Shown here piece after piece: positions 49,268 through 59,348 of a stretch of 64,000 nt of DNA. The DNA is from Chryseobacterium sp. GTDB taxonomy: Bacteria > Bacteroidota > Bacteroidia > Flavobacteriales > Weeksellaceae. The DNA lies in assembly GCF_041914225.1 (NCBI RefSeq), contig NZ_JAYSDT010000005.1, forward strand, positions 21,511-85,510, read 5' to 3'. Within the stretch, counting starts at the first letter, position 1, and each line of letters begins with the position of its first letter. The notes beneath the pieces are model-generated. The model was not told where the DNA came from. It worked only from the letters and a program-made list of their open reading frames with translations, and searched no databases. The translations under genes and the position numbers were made by a program.

Positions 49268-51475
49268 TTAAATTGTTTTTGAAAATGCTTCAGCTTCGGA
49301 AACCGCTTCTGACAGAACTTTCTGTACTTCTTCCAGTATCTTTTGCAGATCAGAGCTTTCTGCTGAAGCTGTTTCAAGAATATCGAGTTTTTCCTTTAAA
49401 ACAGGATGTAATCCCATGATGGCAATGCTGGATTTCAGATCGTGAGCCCACAGTTTCACATCCTGAAAATCTTTGTTTTCGTAAGCCGTTGTCAGTTTCT
49501 GTAAATGATTGGGAATGTTCTCAATAAACTGCTGCGTGACCATTTGTTCGAAACTTTTGTCGCCGCCGCTTACCGTCTGCATATAGGAGAGATCAATGTA
49601 ATGATAATCAGATGAAGGTTTTTCGTTTTTCTCTTCCTGGCTGGTCTTTTCTTTCAACCCGAATTTTGAGATCAGGGTAAAAAGTTCTTCTTCATTAACA
49701 GGTTTGGAAATATATTCGTTCATCCCGCGGCTCAGGCATCTTTCTCTTTCCCCTGCCAACGCATGGGCGGTCATTGCGATGACTGGAATTTCCAGTCTGA
49801 GTTCTTCCCGGATCTTCTGGGTGGCTGCATATCCGTCCATCTGCGGCATCTGTATATCCATTAAAACCAGGTCGCATGCACGGCTTTTGAGATAGTTTAC
49901 TGCTTCAAGACCGTTCGATGCCATATGAAAATCAATATTCCATTGTGAAAGCAGGTGTTTCATCAGGCTCTGATTAATCACATTATCATCAACCACCAGA
50001 ACTTTCAGAGGTGTATTGGACTTATCTTTAAAGTAATGCGGATCAGCAGCCGGCAGTACAGTAAGCTGTTCTTCAGCAATTCCGTAAGGGATATAAAAAT
50101 GAAAGGTAGTTCCTTTCCCTTGTTCACTGCTTACTTCTATATTTCCGTTCTGCAGGAGAATTAAGCTTTTCACGATGGATAAGCCCAATCCTGTTCCGCC
50201 ATAATTTCTTGTCGTCGAATCTTCTCCCTGATTGAATCTTTCGAAGATTTCAGTAAGCTTTTCTTTGTCGATTCCAATTCCCGTATCCGAAATTTTAAAT
50301 CCGAGAACCGCTTCTTTCTCCGTCTGCTGTTTACAGTAGATTTCAACAGCAATATTTCCCTGGTGGGTAAATTTTATGGCGTTTCCGATGAGGTTTACTA
50401 AAATCTGCGTCAGTCTAGTGGCATCTCCCACCAAAGTGTCAGGAATGGAAGGATCAATGGTACTTGAGAGAGCAAGTCCTTTCTCTCTGGCCCGTTCTTT
50501 AAAAAATGTTTCTACGGAATTGACCAGTCCGTTGATGCTGAAAATTCCGGGGGTAATGCGCATCATTCCTGCTTCTATTTTGGATAAATCAAGAATATCA
50601 TTGATGATGGCCATCAGGTTTTCCCCGGAACGCTGTATGGAAGAGACAAATTCTGCTGAGGTTTCATCCAAAGGACGTTTTTGCAGCAAATTGGTAAACC
50701 CGAGAATTCCGCTTAAAGGAGTCCTGATTTCATGGCTCATATTGGCAAGGAAATTTTCTTTGGTCTGTGCTGCTACCAATGCTTTTTTCTCGGCAATATC
50801 AAGTTCGCTTATAAGTAATCTCTGACGTTTAAACTGACGAAGAATGTGATATCCTACGACAGAACCGCTCAAAATCAGTAAGACCAATATTGAAATATCA
50901 TAAAATCTTGCTTTTTGTCCCATTTCTTCACTTTTCTGGCTGAGTTCAACCATATTCAGTTTTCTGCTTTCATATATTTTAGCCGTGATTCTGGTGATTT
51001 CATTGGAAATATTCCTTGCACGCGGATTGGCAATGGAAGTATTGTCGTCCATATTTCCCAAAGTAATATAGCGATGCAACAGCTTGTCTTTGGTCGTCTT
51101 CTTTTCCATGGCAAGAACACTTAACCGGTGGATCAGCTTTTCTTCTTCAGCATTTACATTGTCTTTGGACAGAGAATCCAGGAAATTTTCGATCTGACTG
51201 ATTTTTTGATCAATGCCTTCGAGGTGCGTGGTGTCATTCGTTGCAATAGAAGCTCTGATTCTGCTTTCCACCCCAAGAATATCACGGTCAATCTCCCTTA
51301 AATGATTGCTGGAACGTAATTCGCTCAGCAAAGTATTGTTATTCTGAATCAGCGCTTTGGTATTTCCTGCAGAATTGAGCTGAACAGCTATCAACAGGAG
51401 TGAGCCTGCAATAAATGTCAGGATAATAAAATAGCTGAATCGCTTGTTATCCATTACTGAAGATATATTTTTCAT
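49268..51475 (-). CDS. Hybrid sensor histidine kinase (HisKA-HATPase-REC-Hpt)
   Basis: FLANMSHEIRTP, NLIGNAIKFT, GGTGLGL, LMDIQMP, AHDLKSS. Confidence 0.94.
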   Translation of the reverse strand: MKNISSVMDNKRFSYFIILTFIAGSLLLIAVQLNSAGNTKALIQNNNTLLSELRSSNHLREIDRDILGVESRIRASIATNDTTHLEGIDQKISQIENFLDSLSKDNVNAEEEKLIHRLSVLAMEKKTTKDKLLHRYITLGNMDDNTSIANPRARNISNEITRITAKIYESRKLNMVELSQKSEEMGQKARFYDISILVLLILSGSVVGYHILRQFKRQRLLISELDIAEKKALVAAQTKENFLANMSHEIRTPLSGILGFTNLLQKRPLDETSAEFVSSIQRSGENLMAIINDILDLSKIEAGMMRITPGIFSINGLVNSVETFFKERAREKGLALSSTIDPSIPDTLVGDATRLTQILVNLIGNAIKFTHQGNIAVEIYCKQQTEKEAVLGFKISDTGIGIDKEKLTEIFERFNQGEDSTTRNYGGTGLGLSIVKSLILLQNGNIEVSSEQGKGTTFHFYIPYGIAEEQLTVLPAADPHYFKDKSNTPLKVLVVDDNVINQSLMKHLLSQWNIDFHMASNGLEAVNYLKSRACDLVLMDIQMPQMDGYAATQKIREELRLEIPVIAMTAHALAGERERCLSRGMNEYISKPVNEEELFTLISKFGLKEKTSQEEKNEKPSSDYHYIDLSYMQTVSGGDKSFEQMVTQQFIENIPNHLQKLTTAYENKDFQDVKLWAHDLKSSIAIMGLHPVLKEKLDILETASAESSDLQKILEEVQKVLSEAVSEAEAFSKTI

Positions 51476-51583
51476 AATAACGGTCTGATTTTAAATAAAA
51501 TACCGGTAAAAGTTGATTAACCCTAAACTGTTCAGGGATTGAAATCAAAAAGTAAAAACAAATTTTCTGATGGCCAGTAACGT

Positions 51584-52279
51584 CTAAAAGACATTCATTC
51601 GTGTATTGAGTGCTTTCCTGTAGGCATCTGCCACGGGAATGAATTTACCGTTGATCATAATACCGCCGTCCTGAAGAGTATCAATTTTGCCGACAGAAAC
51701 AATATAGGAACGGTGTACTCTTATAAAATGATCCTTGGGAAGACGTTCTTCTGCCGTTTTCATTTTACCGTGAATGGCAAACATCTTTTCTTTGGTGTAA
51801 AATTTTACATAATCACCCATGGCTTCCGCATAGAAAATATCATCCAGCTTTAAGCGCCTTGTAATATTGGAATCCCTCACGAAGAGGAATTCATCCCTTG
51901 TGATTTCCACATTTTCTTTTTTACTTTCAAGAATCGTCTGTGCCTTACTGACTGCCTGAAGAAACCTTACCGGCATAATGGGCTTCAGAAGATAATCTGC
52001 AATATTAAGCTCAAACGCTTCCAGCGCATATTCTTTTTTTGAGGTCGTGAAAATGATGATAGTTTCTTTACCGGAAAGGGTTTTCATGAGCTCAATCCCT
52101 GTCATTTCTGGCATTTCTATATCGAGAAATATCAGATCGACGGGATGGGACTGAAGATAATGGTAAGCTTCTATAGCATTGGAAAACTCGCTGACAATGG
52201 AAAGATCCGGAACCTGTTTCGCGAGGTGGGCTAATGTTGTTCTTGCAATATCATTATCATCCACGATTAAGGCTTTCAT
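51584..52279 (-). CDS. LytTR-family response regulator
   Basis: IVDD, FLDIEMP, DYLLKP, FIRVHRSYIV. Confidence 0.94.
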   Translation of the reverse strand: MKALIVDDNDIARTTLAHLAKQVPDLSIVSEFSNAIEAYHYLQSHPVDLIFLDIEMPEMTGIELMKTLSGKETIIIFTTSKKEYALEAFELNIADYLLKPIMPVRFLQAVSKAQTILESKKENVEITRDEFLFVRDSNITRRLKLDDIFYAEAMGDYVKFYTKEKMFAIHGKMKTAEERLPKDHFIRVHRSYIVSVGKIDTLQDGGIMINGKFIPVADAYRKALNTRMNVF

Positions 52280-52333
52280 AGGTATAGTTGTTTATGATTT
52301 ACACAAATATAATTATAACTTTTTTATTTTGTG

Positions 52334-52807
52334 TTATCTGAAATAGGAACGGATCATCCATGCCATTTCTTCATGGGTTTCCATCAGGCCTGTAATAAAA
52401 TCGCTGGTACCATAATCTTTATAAGTCTCAGCAAATGGAGTGATATTTCCGCGGAGAAATTCGATGATGCTTTCATGATCGCTTAACAGATCTTTCATGT
52501 ATCCGAGACCGTCATTTGTTCTTTCGCTGTATTCCGTTAAATGGGTCAGTTCCAGGTAGATTTTCATAGTTGCCGGTGCATAATGCCCGATTTTACGCAT
52601 TCTTTCTGCAACGCTGTCCATCAGTTCATCCAGCTGTTTGTACTGTTCTTCAAAGAAAATGTGATTGGCGTGGAAGTTATCTCCGGTTACGTTCCAGTGG
52701 GCATTTCTTGTTTTAATGTAAAGCAGTGTTTCATCTGCCAGTAATTTTGCTAATTGTTCTGCAACGGCTTCCGTGTTTTTCTCTGTGATTCCGATTTTTG
52801 TTTTCAT
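52334..52807 (-). CDS. dps: Dps DNA-protecting ferritin-like protein
   Basis: KTRNAHWNVTG, H..FEEQY, DSVAERMR, HEEMAWM. Confidence 0.95.
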   Translation of the reverse strand: MKTKIGITEKNTEAVAEQLAKLLADETLLYIKTRNAHWNVTGDNFHANHIFFEEQYKQLDELMDSVAERMRKIGHYAPATMKIYLELTHLTEYSERTNDGLGYMKDLLSDHESIIEFLRGNITPFAETYKDYGTSDFITGLMETHEEMAWMIRSYFR

Positions 52808-52887
52808 AATAATAAGATTTTAGTTGAACATTATTGCCTTTTTCTGATGTAAAGGTCAGTCATAATCCTGGAAAACAATCGGTATTT

Positions 52888-52916
52888 TCGGTGAATGGGC
52901 AGAATCAATCGGTGGA
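52888..52916 (-). promoter_or_regulatory. Putative LytTR-type direct-repeat operator upstream of dps
   Basis: TCGGTGAA/TCGGTGGA with 21-bp period. Confidence 0.6.
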
Positions 52917-52971
52917 AAGCGGACAATTTCCGCTTTCCATAAGTTTCAGAATAATATAACAGATAATTTTA

Positions 52972-53817
52972 TCAGTTGTATAGATGCTTCCTTAAAAAAG
53001 CAAGGCTTCCTTCAGCAAGTTCCTGGGTATCATAAGGTGATTTCTGCCATAAAGAAACCTGCTCCTGCATTCCGGGAATGGAGGAGCTGAAATTTTCAAG
53101 GACCAGATTCCCTTCAAAATTGATTTTTTTCAATGCCGAGAAAAATTCTTCCCAATTGATGGTCCCTTCTCCCAACATACCCCGGTGAGATTCTGTCACA
53201 TGAATGTGCTTCAGCATTTTTCCGGAACTGATAATCGGGTCATAAAAATTATTTTCCTCGATATTCATATGAAAGGTATCAAGGTGAAGGAAGAGATTAT
53301 TTCTGCCCGTTTTCTTAATAAGCTCCAGGACATTTTCTGCAGTATTGCAGACATAGGATTCATAACGGTTAATCGGCTCTATGGCAATATCTATACTTTT
53401 GGTTTGGGCGTAATCCGCCACATTGTACCATACTTCAGTAATGATTTCTTTTTCGTTTTCTGTGAGTGGTTTTCCGGTAAAAACACCGATTCCGCTGTGT
53501 AAAACTCCTGCCAGCAGGTTGGTTTCCAGTTCATCAACTTTATCAATTGCTTTTTTGATAAGCTTTTCCGCTGCTTCAGGATAAAACGTAATGTGAGCAT
53601 CTTTGGGAAGGTTCAGCGAGCATACCGCTTCAAGATGGTTGTCTTTCAGCTGTTTTTTTACAGTGTTTGCATCAAAATCCATTGATGCGGGTAACAGTAT
53701 TTCGATCAGATCAAACCCGGCCTGTGCAGTTTTTTCTATCGCATATTTTCCTGATTCTGCATTCCATAGCGGAGTGATCCACGAGAGTAGGGAAGCCCCT
53801 AATTTTATATTCATCAT
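52972..53817 (-). CDS. Ketose 3-epimerase family (D-psicose/D-tagatose 3-epimerase-like)
   Basis: EPINRYE, LDTFHMNIEE, HIHVTESHRG..GEG, LE.F metal-binding motifs. Confidence 0.85.
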   Translation of the reverse strand: MMNIKLGASLLSWITPLWNAESGKYAIEKTAQAGFDLIEILLPASMDFDANTVKKQLKDNHLEAVCSLNLPKDAHITFYPEAAEKLIKKAIDKVDELETNLLAGVLHSGIGVFTGKPLTENEKEIITEVWYNVADYAQTKSIDIAIEPINRYESYVCNTAENVLELIKKTGRNNLFLHLDTFHMNIEENNFYDPIISSGKMLKHIHVTESHRGMLGEGTINWEEFFSALKKINFEGNLVLENFSSSIPGMQEQVSLWQKSPYDTQELAEGSLAFLRKHLYN

Positions 53818-53833
53818 ATTTTCTTTATTTAAT

Positions 53834-55243
53834 TTAAAAAATCCACCATTCTGTCCGTACTCCGAAATAGGTCCCGAATCTTTTGGCCCCTGACTGCTGT
53901 AAAAAGGGTGAGTAAAGACTGTTCATAGCCTCATCATTATACCTTGATACTTCTGCAATAAAACGGATGTGAGGTCTTGCCCAGACACTTCGTTCCGCTG
54001 TAGGAACGATGGTGGGAGCCAGAACAAGTTTCATCATCGATGCTGCATCCTGTGTTCCGTTTTTACGGGTTGCATAATGGAATTCAGAGAGTATATGAAA
54101 CCAGTTGTTAAAATAATAAGTGGCTCTGATTCCTGTATTAAATTCTGTTTTTCTGTTGAAAATTTCACGGTTGTAATAGGCCGGAGCTTTATCAGTGCTG
54201 GTTGATCCTCCTTTACTTTTGGTAAAAACGGCATAAGGATTAAGTGACCACCGGTTGGAAATATTCCAGAGAAAATGCTCAACAATCGTAAAAGAGTAAG
54301 CTCCTTTATATGTTTTTGTAGTTTCATCAGGAGCTCCGTAGGTGCGCCAGGTCTGTGTATTTCCATTATCGCCTCCATTGGCAATTCCGGTCCCGTACCT
54401 TACGGAAAACTGATTGAATGAACCCGGAATTGCTGTTGCCATATCTGTATTTAATTTAGCCCCCAAAACCCACCCATGATCCGACGGGTATTGCTCTACG
54501 GAATTTTCCCCTGATTTTTCTACATGATGAAATTCTGCCAGTAATTTGAGCTTGTGTTTTGTATTTTTAAATGGCAGCGTCTGCTCCAGGACAAAAACTT
54601 CCCTTTGCCTGTAGATAAGGTTTTTTGACCCGCTGATCACATTGGTGTAAGAATAGGGTGTAGAGTTGCTGGCTGCGGTATCAATCGCTGCCGGAAAGAA
54701 CATTAAAAATCGCGTGTTTTTGTGCCTTACACCCCAACCGGTTGCCGAATGGTCATCAAAATAAAAGTAATCGGCAATGTGAATGTCATCATATCTCAGC
54801 CATCTTGATCCTGCCCAGACATCCCAGTCACTTCCCATAATATTTCTGGCCTCAACAAAGGCTTCAGGCAAGGCAATAATCATCCCCTGATTGGATTTTG
54901 AATCTACATTTCCCAGAAAAGTTCCACCTGAATAAAAACTAAGTCTTGCCTGCATATCGATCTTTGTACTTTTTGTACAGTCACCGTTTACCACCGGACT
55001 AAAATGGAAAGCAGGTAAAAAATCTACATAATCTCCCTGATCCATTCTGCCTCCTAAAGATCCCTGATTATTCAGATTCAGTTGTCTTCCTGTCTTACCA
55101 TCAGCATTCGGGGAATAACCAGCCCCGATTCTCCCGGTTGTGCCAAAGGAAAATTTCTTGTTGGTTATTACGATCTGGGCATTAATTCCCCTGCCAGCGC
55201 ATATAAATACAATGCACCAGGCTAATAAAAGCTTTGTTTTCAT
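53834..55243 (-). CDS. LamB/maltoporin-family carbohydrate porin
   Basis: Signal peptide, WAGSRW.R.DDIHIADYFY, RPHIR, FGVRTEWW C-terminus. Confidence 0.8.
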   Translation of the reverse strand: MKTKLLLAWCIVFICAGRGINAQIVITNKKFSFGTTGRIGAGYSPNADGKTGRQLNLNNQGSLGGRMDQGDYVDFLPAFHFSPVVNGDCTKSTKIDMQARLSFYSGGTFLGNVDSKSNQGMIIALPEAFVEARNIMGSDWDVWAGSRWLRYDDIHIADYFYFDDHSATGWGVRHKNTRFLMFFPAAIDTAASNSTPYSYTNVISGSKNLIYRQREVFVLEQTLPFKNTKHKLKLLAEFHHVEKSGENSVEQYPSDHGWVLGAKLNTDMATAIPGSFNQFSVRYGTGIANGGDNGNTQTWRTYGAPDETTKTYKGAYSFTIVEHFLWNISNRWSLNPYAVFTKSKGGSTSTDKAPAYYNREIFNRKTEFNTGIRATYYFNNWFHILSEFHYATRKNGTQDAASMMKLVLAPTIVPTAERSVWARPHIRFIAEVSRYNDEAMNSLYSPFLQQSGAKRFGTYFGVRTEWWIF

Positions 55244-55248
55244 AGGGA

Positions 55249-56493
55249 TTATTTAAGTGTTTTGGGCTTGTAGAATTTTAATGCAAATAATAAAATAACA
55301 ACATAGCAGACAATAGGAAGGAGGTAGGCATGGGCAATATCTTTTTCTGCAATTCTACCCATGATCGGAGGAAAAACAGCACCCCCAAACATCGCCATAA
55401 CCAGGAATGATGAAGCTTGCTGAACCTTTGATCCTAATCTTTTAAGCCCAAGACTGAAAATAGTAGGATACATCACACTCAGGAACAGGTTGAGCAAAAT
55501 AAGGCTGATAAATGATACCCATCCGAAACTTTGGGAAATAATAAGGCACAGAATGATATTACAGGCTGTAAAGATAGCCAGCAGTTTGTTGGGAGCAATG
55601 AATCTCATCAGGAAAGTTCCGATAAATCTTCCGATCATCATCATCGCCATACTTAAAGAAAAATAATAGGAAGCCTGTATCTCAGGAAGGTGCATTTTTT
55701 CGACACCGTAATTGATAAAATAAGCCCATGTTCCACCCTGTGCGGCAATATTAAAAAACTGGGCAATGACTGCAAATATAAAATGCCTCTGCTTATAAAG
55801 CGGAGCATGTGGATCTGATACACTAAGGTCTTCTCCTTTTTCATTTTCTGAAATGATGATATCTTCTGCGTGAGGATCTTTAAGGTCTGGTACTCTGATA
55901 AAGCTGAAAATAATGGTAATCGCCAGAATGACAATCCCAATCCATGTATAAAGATTTTTTACTGAATCCAGGGATCCAGATCCGGAATCTGGCGTTCCGA
56001 AAATGAAATATCCTCCCAGCAAAGGACCGATAATGGCCCCCAATCCATTAAAAGACTGGGCGAAATTAACTCTCTGATCACTCGTTCTTTCATCCCCCAA
56101 AGCGGCAATAAAAGGGTGGGCTACCGTTTCAAGGGTTGCCATTCCCATCGCAAGAACAAAAAGAGCCAACCTGAAAAAATCAAATGAAGAAGTATTGGCT
56201 GCTGGGATAAACAAAAAAGATCCCAATGCGAATAGTGACAGCCCTAAAATAACCCCCAACTTATACCCGAATTTTTTCATAAATAATCCTGCCGGAATGC
56301 CCATCAATGCATAAGCCCCAAAAATGGAAAGCTGCACCAACCCTGATTTGGACTTCGAAATGTGAAGCACATTCTGGAAATGTTTGTTCAGAACATCACC
56401 CATGGTAAGCGCAATGGCCCAGAAAAAGAATAGAGAGGTTACAAAAGAAAGGATGATATAGTATTTCTTATCTGTAAATTTTGGAGTATTCAT
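55249..56493 (-). CDS. FucP-like MFS sugar:H+ symporter
   Basis: LETVAHP, RVNFAQSFNGLG, MYPTIFSLG. Confidence 0.9.
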   Translation of the reverse strand: MNTPKFTDKKYYIILSFVTSLFFFWAIALTMGDVLNKHFQNVLHISKSKSGLVQLSIFGAYALMGIPAGLFMKKFGYKLGVILGLSLFALGSFLFIPAANTSSFDFFRLALFVLAMGMATLETVAHPFIAALGDERTSDQRVNFAQSFNGLGAIIGPLLGGYFIFGTPDSGSGSLDSVKNLYTWIGIVILAITIIFSFIRVPDLKDPHAEDIIISENEKGEDLSVSDPHAPLYKQRHFIFAVIAQFFNIAAQGGTWAYFINYGVEKMHLPEIQASYYFSLSMAMMMIGRFIGTFLMRFIAPNKLLAIFTACNIILCLIISQSFGWVSFISLILLNLFLSVMYPTIFSLGLKRLGSKVQQASSFLVMAMFGGAVFPPIMGRIAEKDIAHAYLLPIVCYVVILLFALKFYKPKTLK

Positions 56494-56504
56494 ATCGTTC
56501 GTTT

Positions 56505-57419
56505 TTAAGAGGTTTTACAGCTGTTTTTTTCTCTGAATGCCTTGAATTCTTCATAAGTATAATCAGGGCATGCTCCCGATTTTGAAGTGATAAAAGCTCC
56601 TAATGAAGTTGCCTGTTTCATGATCTCTTCCGGGGATCTCCCCTGAATTCTTTTAGACAGGAACCCGGCCAGAAAAGAATCTCCGCTGCCTACGGTATCG
56701 GCAATTTCAATATGAACCGCCGGAAAATTATAAGCAGTATCCCCCACAAAGTATCTGGCACCTTTACTTCCTTTGGTAAGGACAATTTCATTGAGGTCAA
56801 AATAGTTCTGAAGGTGTCTGATGCTGGTGTCTTCATCAATATAATCTTCGCCGAGATATTCAAGGATGATTCTGAGTTCTGCTTTATTCATTTTAACAAG
56901 GTCAGCTTTATGCAATAATTTTTTAATGAATTCAAAATCAATAAAAGGAGGACGGAAATTAACATCAAATACTTTGAATTTTGAATATTCCAAAAGCTCG
57001 AGCAGGGTATTTTGAGAAACCAGGCTTCTTGTGATCAGACTGCCAAAAACAAATGCTTCAGAATTTTGTATCAGTTCCTTATGCTCCGGCAAAGGCTGGA
57101 TATAATCCCAGGCAACATCCTGCACAATGTCATATGCAGCCTCGCCGTGCTCATCAAAATCGGCAATGACAGTTCCTGTGGCCTTTTCCTGATCTATCTG
57201 TATGAAATCTGTTGTTATTCCCCAATCCTGAATCTGATGAAGAAGGCGGTGTCCTAATTCATCATTTCCTATACGGCTCATCATTTTGGTATCAATTCCC
57301 ATTTTGAAAAGGTTATAGGCAACGTTGAATGGAGCTCCGCCAGCTCTGGATCCGGTGGGGAAGATGTCCCACAGAACCTCTCCAAAGCAAACGACATGGT
57401 TGAATTTATTTGTTGTCAT
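56505..57419 (-). CDS. PfkB-family sugar kinase (fructokinase-like)
   Basis: FGEVLWD, GGAPFNVA, FDVNFR, DTVGSGDSF. Confidence 0.93.
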   Translation of the reverse strand: MTTNKFNHVVCFGEVLWDIFPTGSRAGGAPFNVAYNLFKMGIDTKMMSRIGNDELGHRLLHQIQDWGITTDFIQIDQEKATGTVIADFDEHGEAAYDIVQDVAWDYIQPLPEHKELIQNSEAFVFGSLITRSLVSQNTLLELLEYSKFKVFDVNFRPPFIDFEFIKKLLHKADLVKMNKAELRIILEYLGEDYIDEDTSIRHLQNYFDLNEIVLTKGSKGARYFVGDTAYNFPAVHIEIADTVGSGDSFLAGFLSKRIQGRSPEEIMKQATSLGAFITSKSGACPDYTYEEFKAFREKNSCKTS

Positions 57420-57425
57420 ATTAAG

Positions 57426-57437
57426 TTAAACGTTTAA
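57426..57437. promoter_or_regulatory. Putative LacI-family operator TTAAACGTTTAA
   Basis: Perfect palindrome with central CG just upstream of the kinase start; second copy at 58683-58694. Confidence 0.7.
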
Positions 57438-57473
57438 GTTATTGTTTAAAAAAAATGTTTTATATCAAATTAA

Positions 57474-58481
57474 TTATTTTAAAGATGCTTTTACAACCAG
57501 TTTTGCGGATAATGTTATTCTTTTTCCGGTTGCCGTATAATCATTGATTTGTCCGTCCAATAGTTTGATAGCCTCTTCTGCCATTTCTTCAATCGGCTGC
57601 TGGATGTAGGTAATCTCCGTAGGGAAGAGGTCATAAGCATCGGTTTCATCAAATGCGATTACAGATACCTGCTCCGGAACTTTAATGTTGTTTTTAACGA
57701 GATAGGAAAGTCCTGCTACCGCAAGTTTATTGCTGGAAAAATAGAGTGCTGTATTTTCAGTTTTTTCTCCCAGGCTTTTTTCAAGCTTCACATGTACTTC
57801 CTGTGCAATATTTTCCAACCCTACCAGGAGATATTGTATTTCAGCTGATTTTTTGGAAGAGCTTACCGCTTTTTCAAAACCATACTGGCGGTCAAGAAGA
57901 TGCGGGAGTTCAGTTTCATAGCCCACATAGATCATTTTGTCAAAATCCTTATTAAGAAGTAGGCTGGCTGTACGCTCTGCGATCTCCTGATTATCAATGG
58001 TAATTCCCGGAACAGAAACACCTTTAAGGTACCTGTCAATCGTTACAACAGGGTATTTAAGCTGAATAAGGTTTTCAAGTGTTTTTTCTGATCCTGCTAC
58101 AGGCGCAACGATCATTCCATCCACCTGCTGCTGTGAAAAGAGCTCAGTAAGCTTTTCAAATTTTTCTGCATTTTCATCAGAACTGCCGATGATCAGGGTA
58201 TAGCCCAACTTTAAAGCTTTATCTTCCAGATTCCTTGCCATATGGGAGTAGAAGTCGTTGGAAATATCCGCAACGATCAATCCAAGAAGCTTTGTCTTAT
58301 TGGTTTTAAGGCTTTTTGCGATCTTATTGGGAGTATAGTTAATCGTTTCAGCAATTTCAAAAATTTTTTTCCGGGTGTCTTCACTAATGCGCTGTCCCTC
58401 CTTTCTGTTGAGAACATAAGATACAGTGGCTACGGAAACTCCTGCCAGCTTAGCTATATCTTTTATGGAAGACCTTTTCAT
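57474..58481 (-). CDS. LacI-family transcriptional regulator
   Basis: SIKDIAKLAGVSVATVSYVLN HTH, YTPN..A.SL hinge; start placed at ATG 58481. Confidence 0.95.
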   Translation of the reverse strand: MKRSSIKDIAKLAGVSVATVSYVLNRKEGQRISEDTRKKIFEIAETINYTPNKIAKSLKTNKTKLLGLIVADISNDFYSHMARNLEDKALKLGYTLIIGSSDENAEKFEKLTELFSQQQVDGMIVAPVAGSEKTLENLIQLKYPVVTIDRYLKGVSVPGITIDNQEIAERTASLLLNKDFDKMIYVGYETELPHLLDRQYGFEKAVSSSKKSAEIQYLLVGLENIAQEVHVKLEKSLGEKTENTALYFSSNKLAVAGLSYLVKNNIKVPEQVSVIAFDETDAYDLFPTEITYIQQPIEEMAEEAIKLLDGQINDYTATGKRITLSAKLVVKASLK

Positions 58482-58682
58482 TTTAATTTTTAATGCACAA
58501 AAATATTTCAGAAAATAGTAAAAAAACAATAGCTGAGTTTTTTTGGTGGTTTCAGAAAAAAGTGTAATTTAGCGCAATTTTTAAAAATGATTTAATTGTT
58601 TGTTTATCAGATTGTTATGTATTTTAAGTTGTTTTTAATGTGAACAGATTGTTAACTGATTCATTCAGGTTGATTAAATTTG

Positions 58683-58694
58683 GTTAAACGTTTA
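58683..58694. promoter_or_regulatory. Second putative LacI operator (GTTAAACGTTTA) upstream of the regulator gene
   Basis: 12-bp identity with 57425-57436. Confidence 0.55.
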
Positions 58695-58862
58695 TCTTTA
58701 AAATTTTATATTAATTGATAAATTGTTAAATGTGTAAAATTTTCAACCGGATTTCGCTACGGTTTTTGATTTTAGCTGTCAACATATTTTTTAGGCAGTC
58801 TTCTGAATTTAAAATGCAGAAACAGGAGAACAGCCTCCTGTAAATTAATCTTAATGATCCAT

Positions 58863-59348
58863 TTATTTCTTTGCTTTTAAAGTCAGATTATCCATATAAA
58901 CGGCCTGATGTACTCCATTCAGTAAAACTTTCAGCCCCAGATGGGAATCTTTTTTTAATGAAATGGTATATGTTTTTTTCTCTCCGGTTATTTTTGAAGG
59001 TTTGGTGATTGAAACATATGACCTGGCATCTGAAGGACTGCCTACTGAAAAAAGCTCCAATGTTGTGTCCCCGCCATTATCCGAAAGGTCAAGAGTAAGG
59101 GTATAGCTACCGGTCTTAATTTCCGGGGTTACCAGATACATATTTTCTCCGGGATTGTTCATGGAATAAAATATAATCCTTTTATCACTTGCGTACAGCA
59201 TAGCCTTCCCGGACTGTGCAGTCCAGCATTTATTGATATCTTTCCAGGTATCAAAATTTTCTGTAAGATCAGACGCCGGTTTGCATTGTGCGTTTGCCGT
59301 CAGAAATCCTCCGGCAACAGCTATTCCCGTTAGTACGATTTTTTTCAT
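58863..59348 (-). CDS. Secreted hypothetical protein
   Basis: Signal peptide ending ANAQ; ENFD...YLVTP...VYMDNL beta-sandwich-like pattern. Confidence 0.7.
   Translation of the reverse strand: MKKIVLTGIAVAGGFLTANAQCKPASDLTENFDTWKDINKCWTAQSGKAMLYASDKRIIFYSMNNPGENMYLVTPEIKTGSYTLTLDLSDNGGDTTLELFSVGSPSDARSYVSITKPSKITGEKKTYTISLKKDSHLGLKVLLNGVHQAVYMDNLTLKAKK

Noticed and set aside
50376-50825. Long antisense ORFs in the stress cluster and beyond (also 48257-48721, 63469-63912)
   Set aside because: Opposite-strand shadows of conserved genes with no independent motifs
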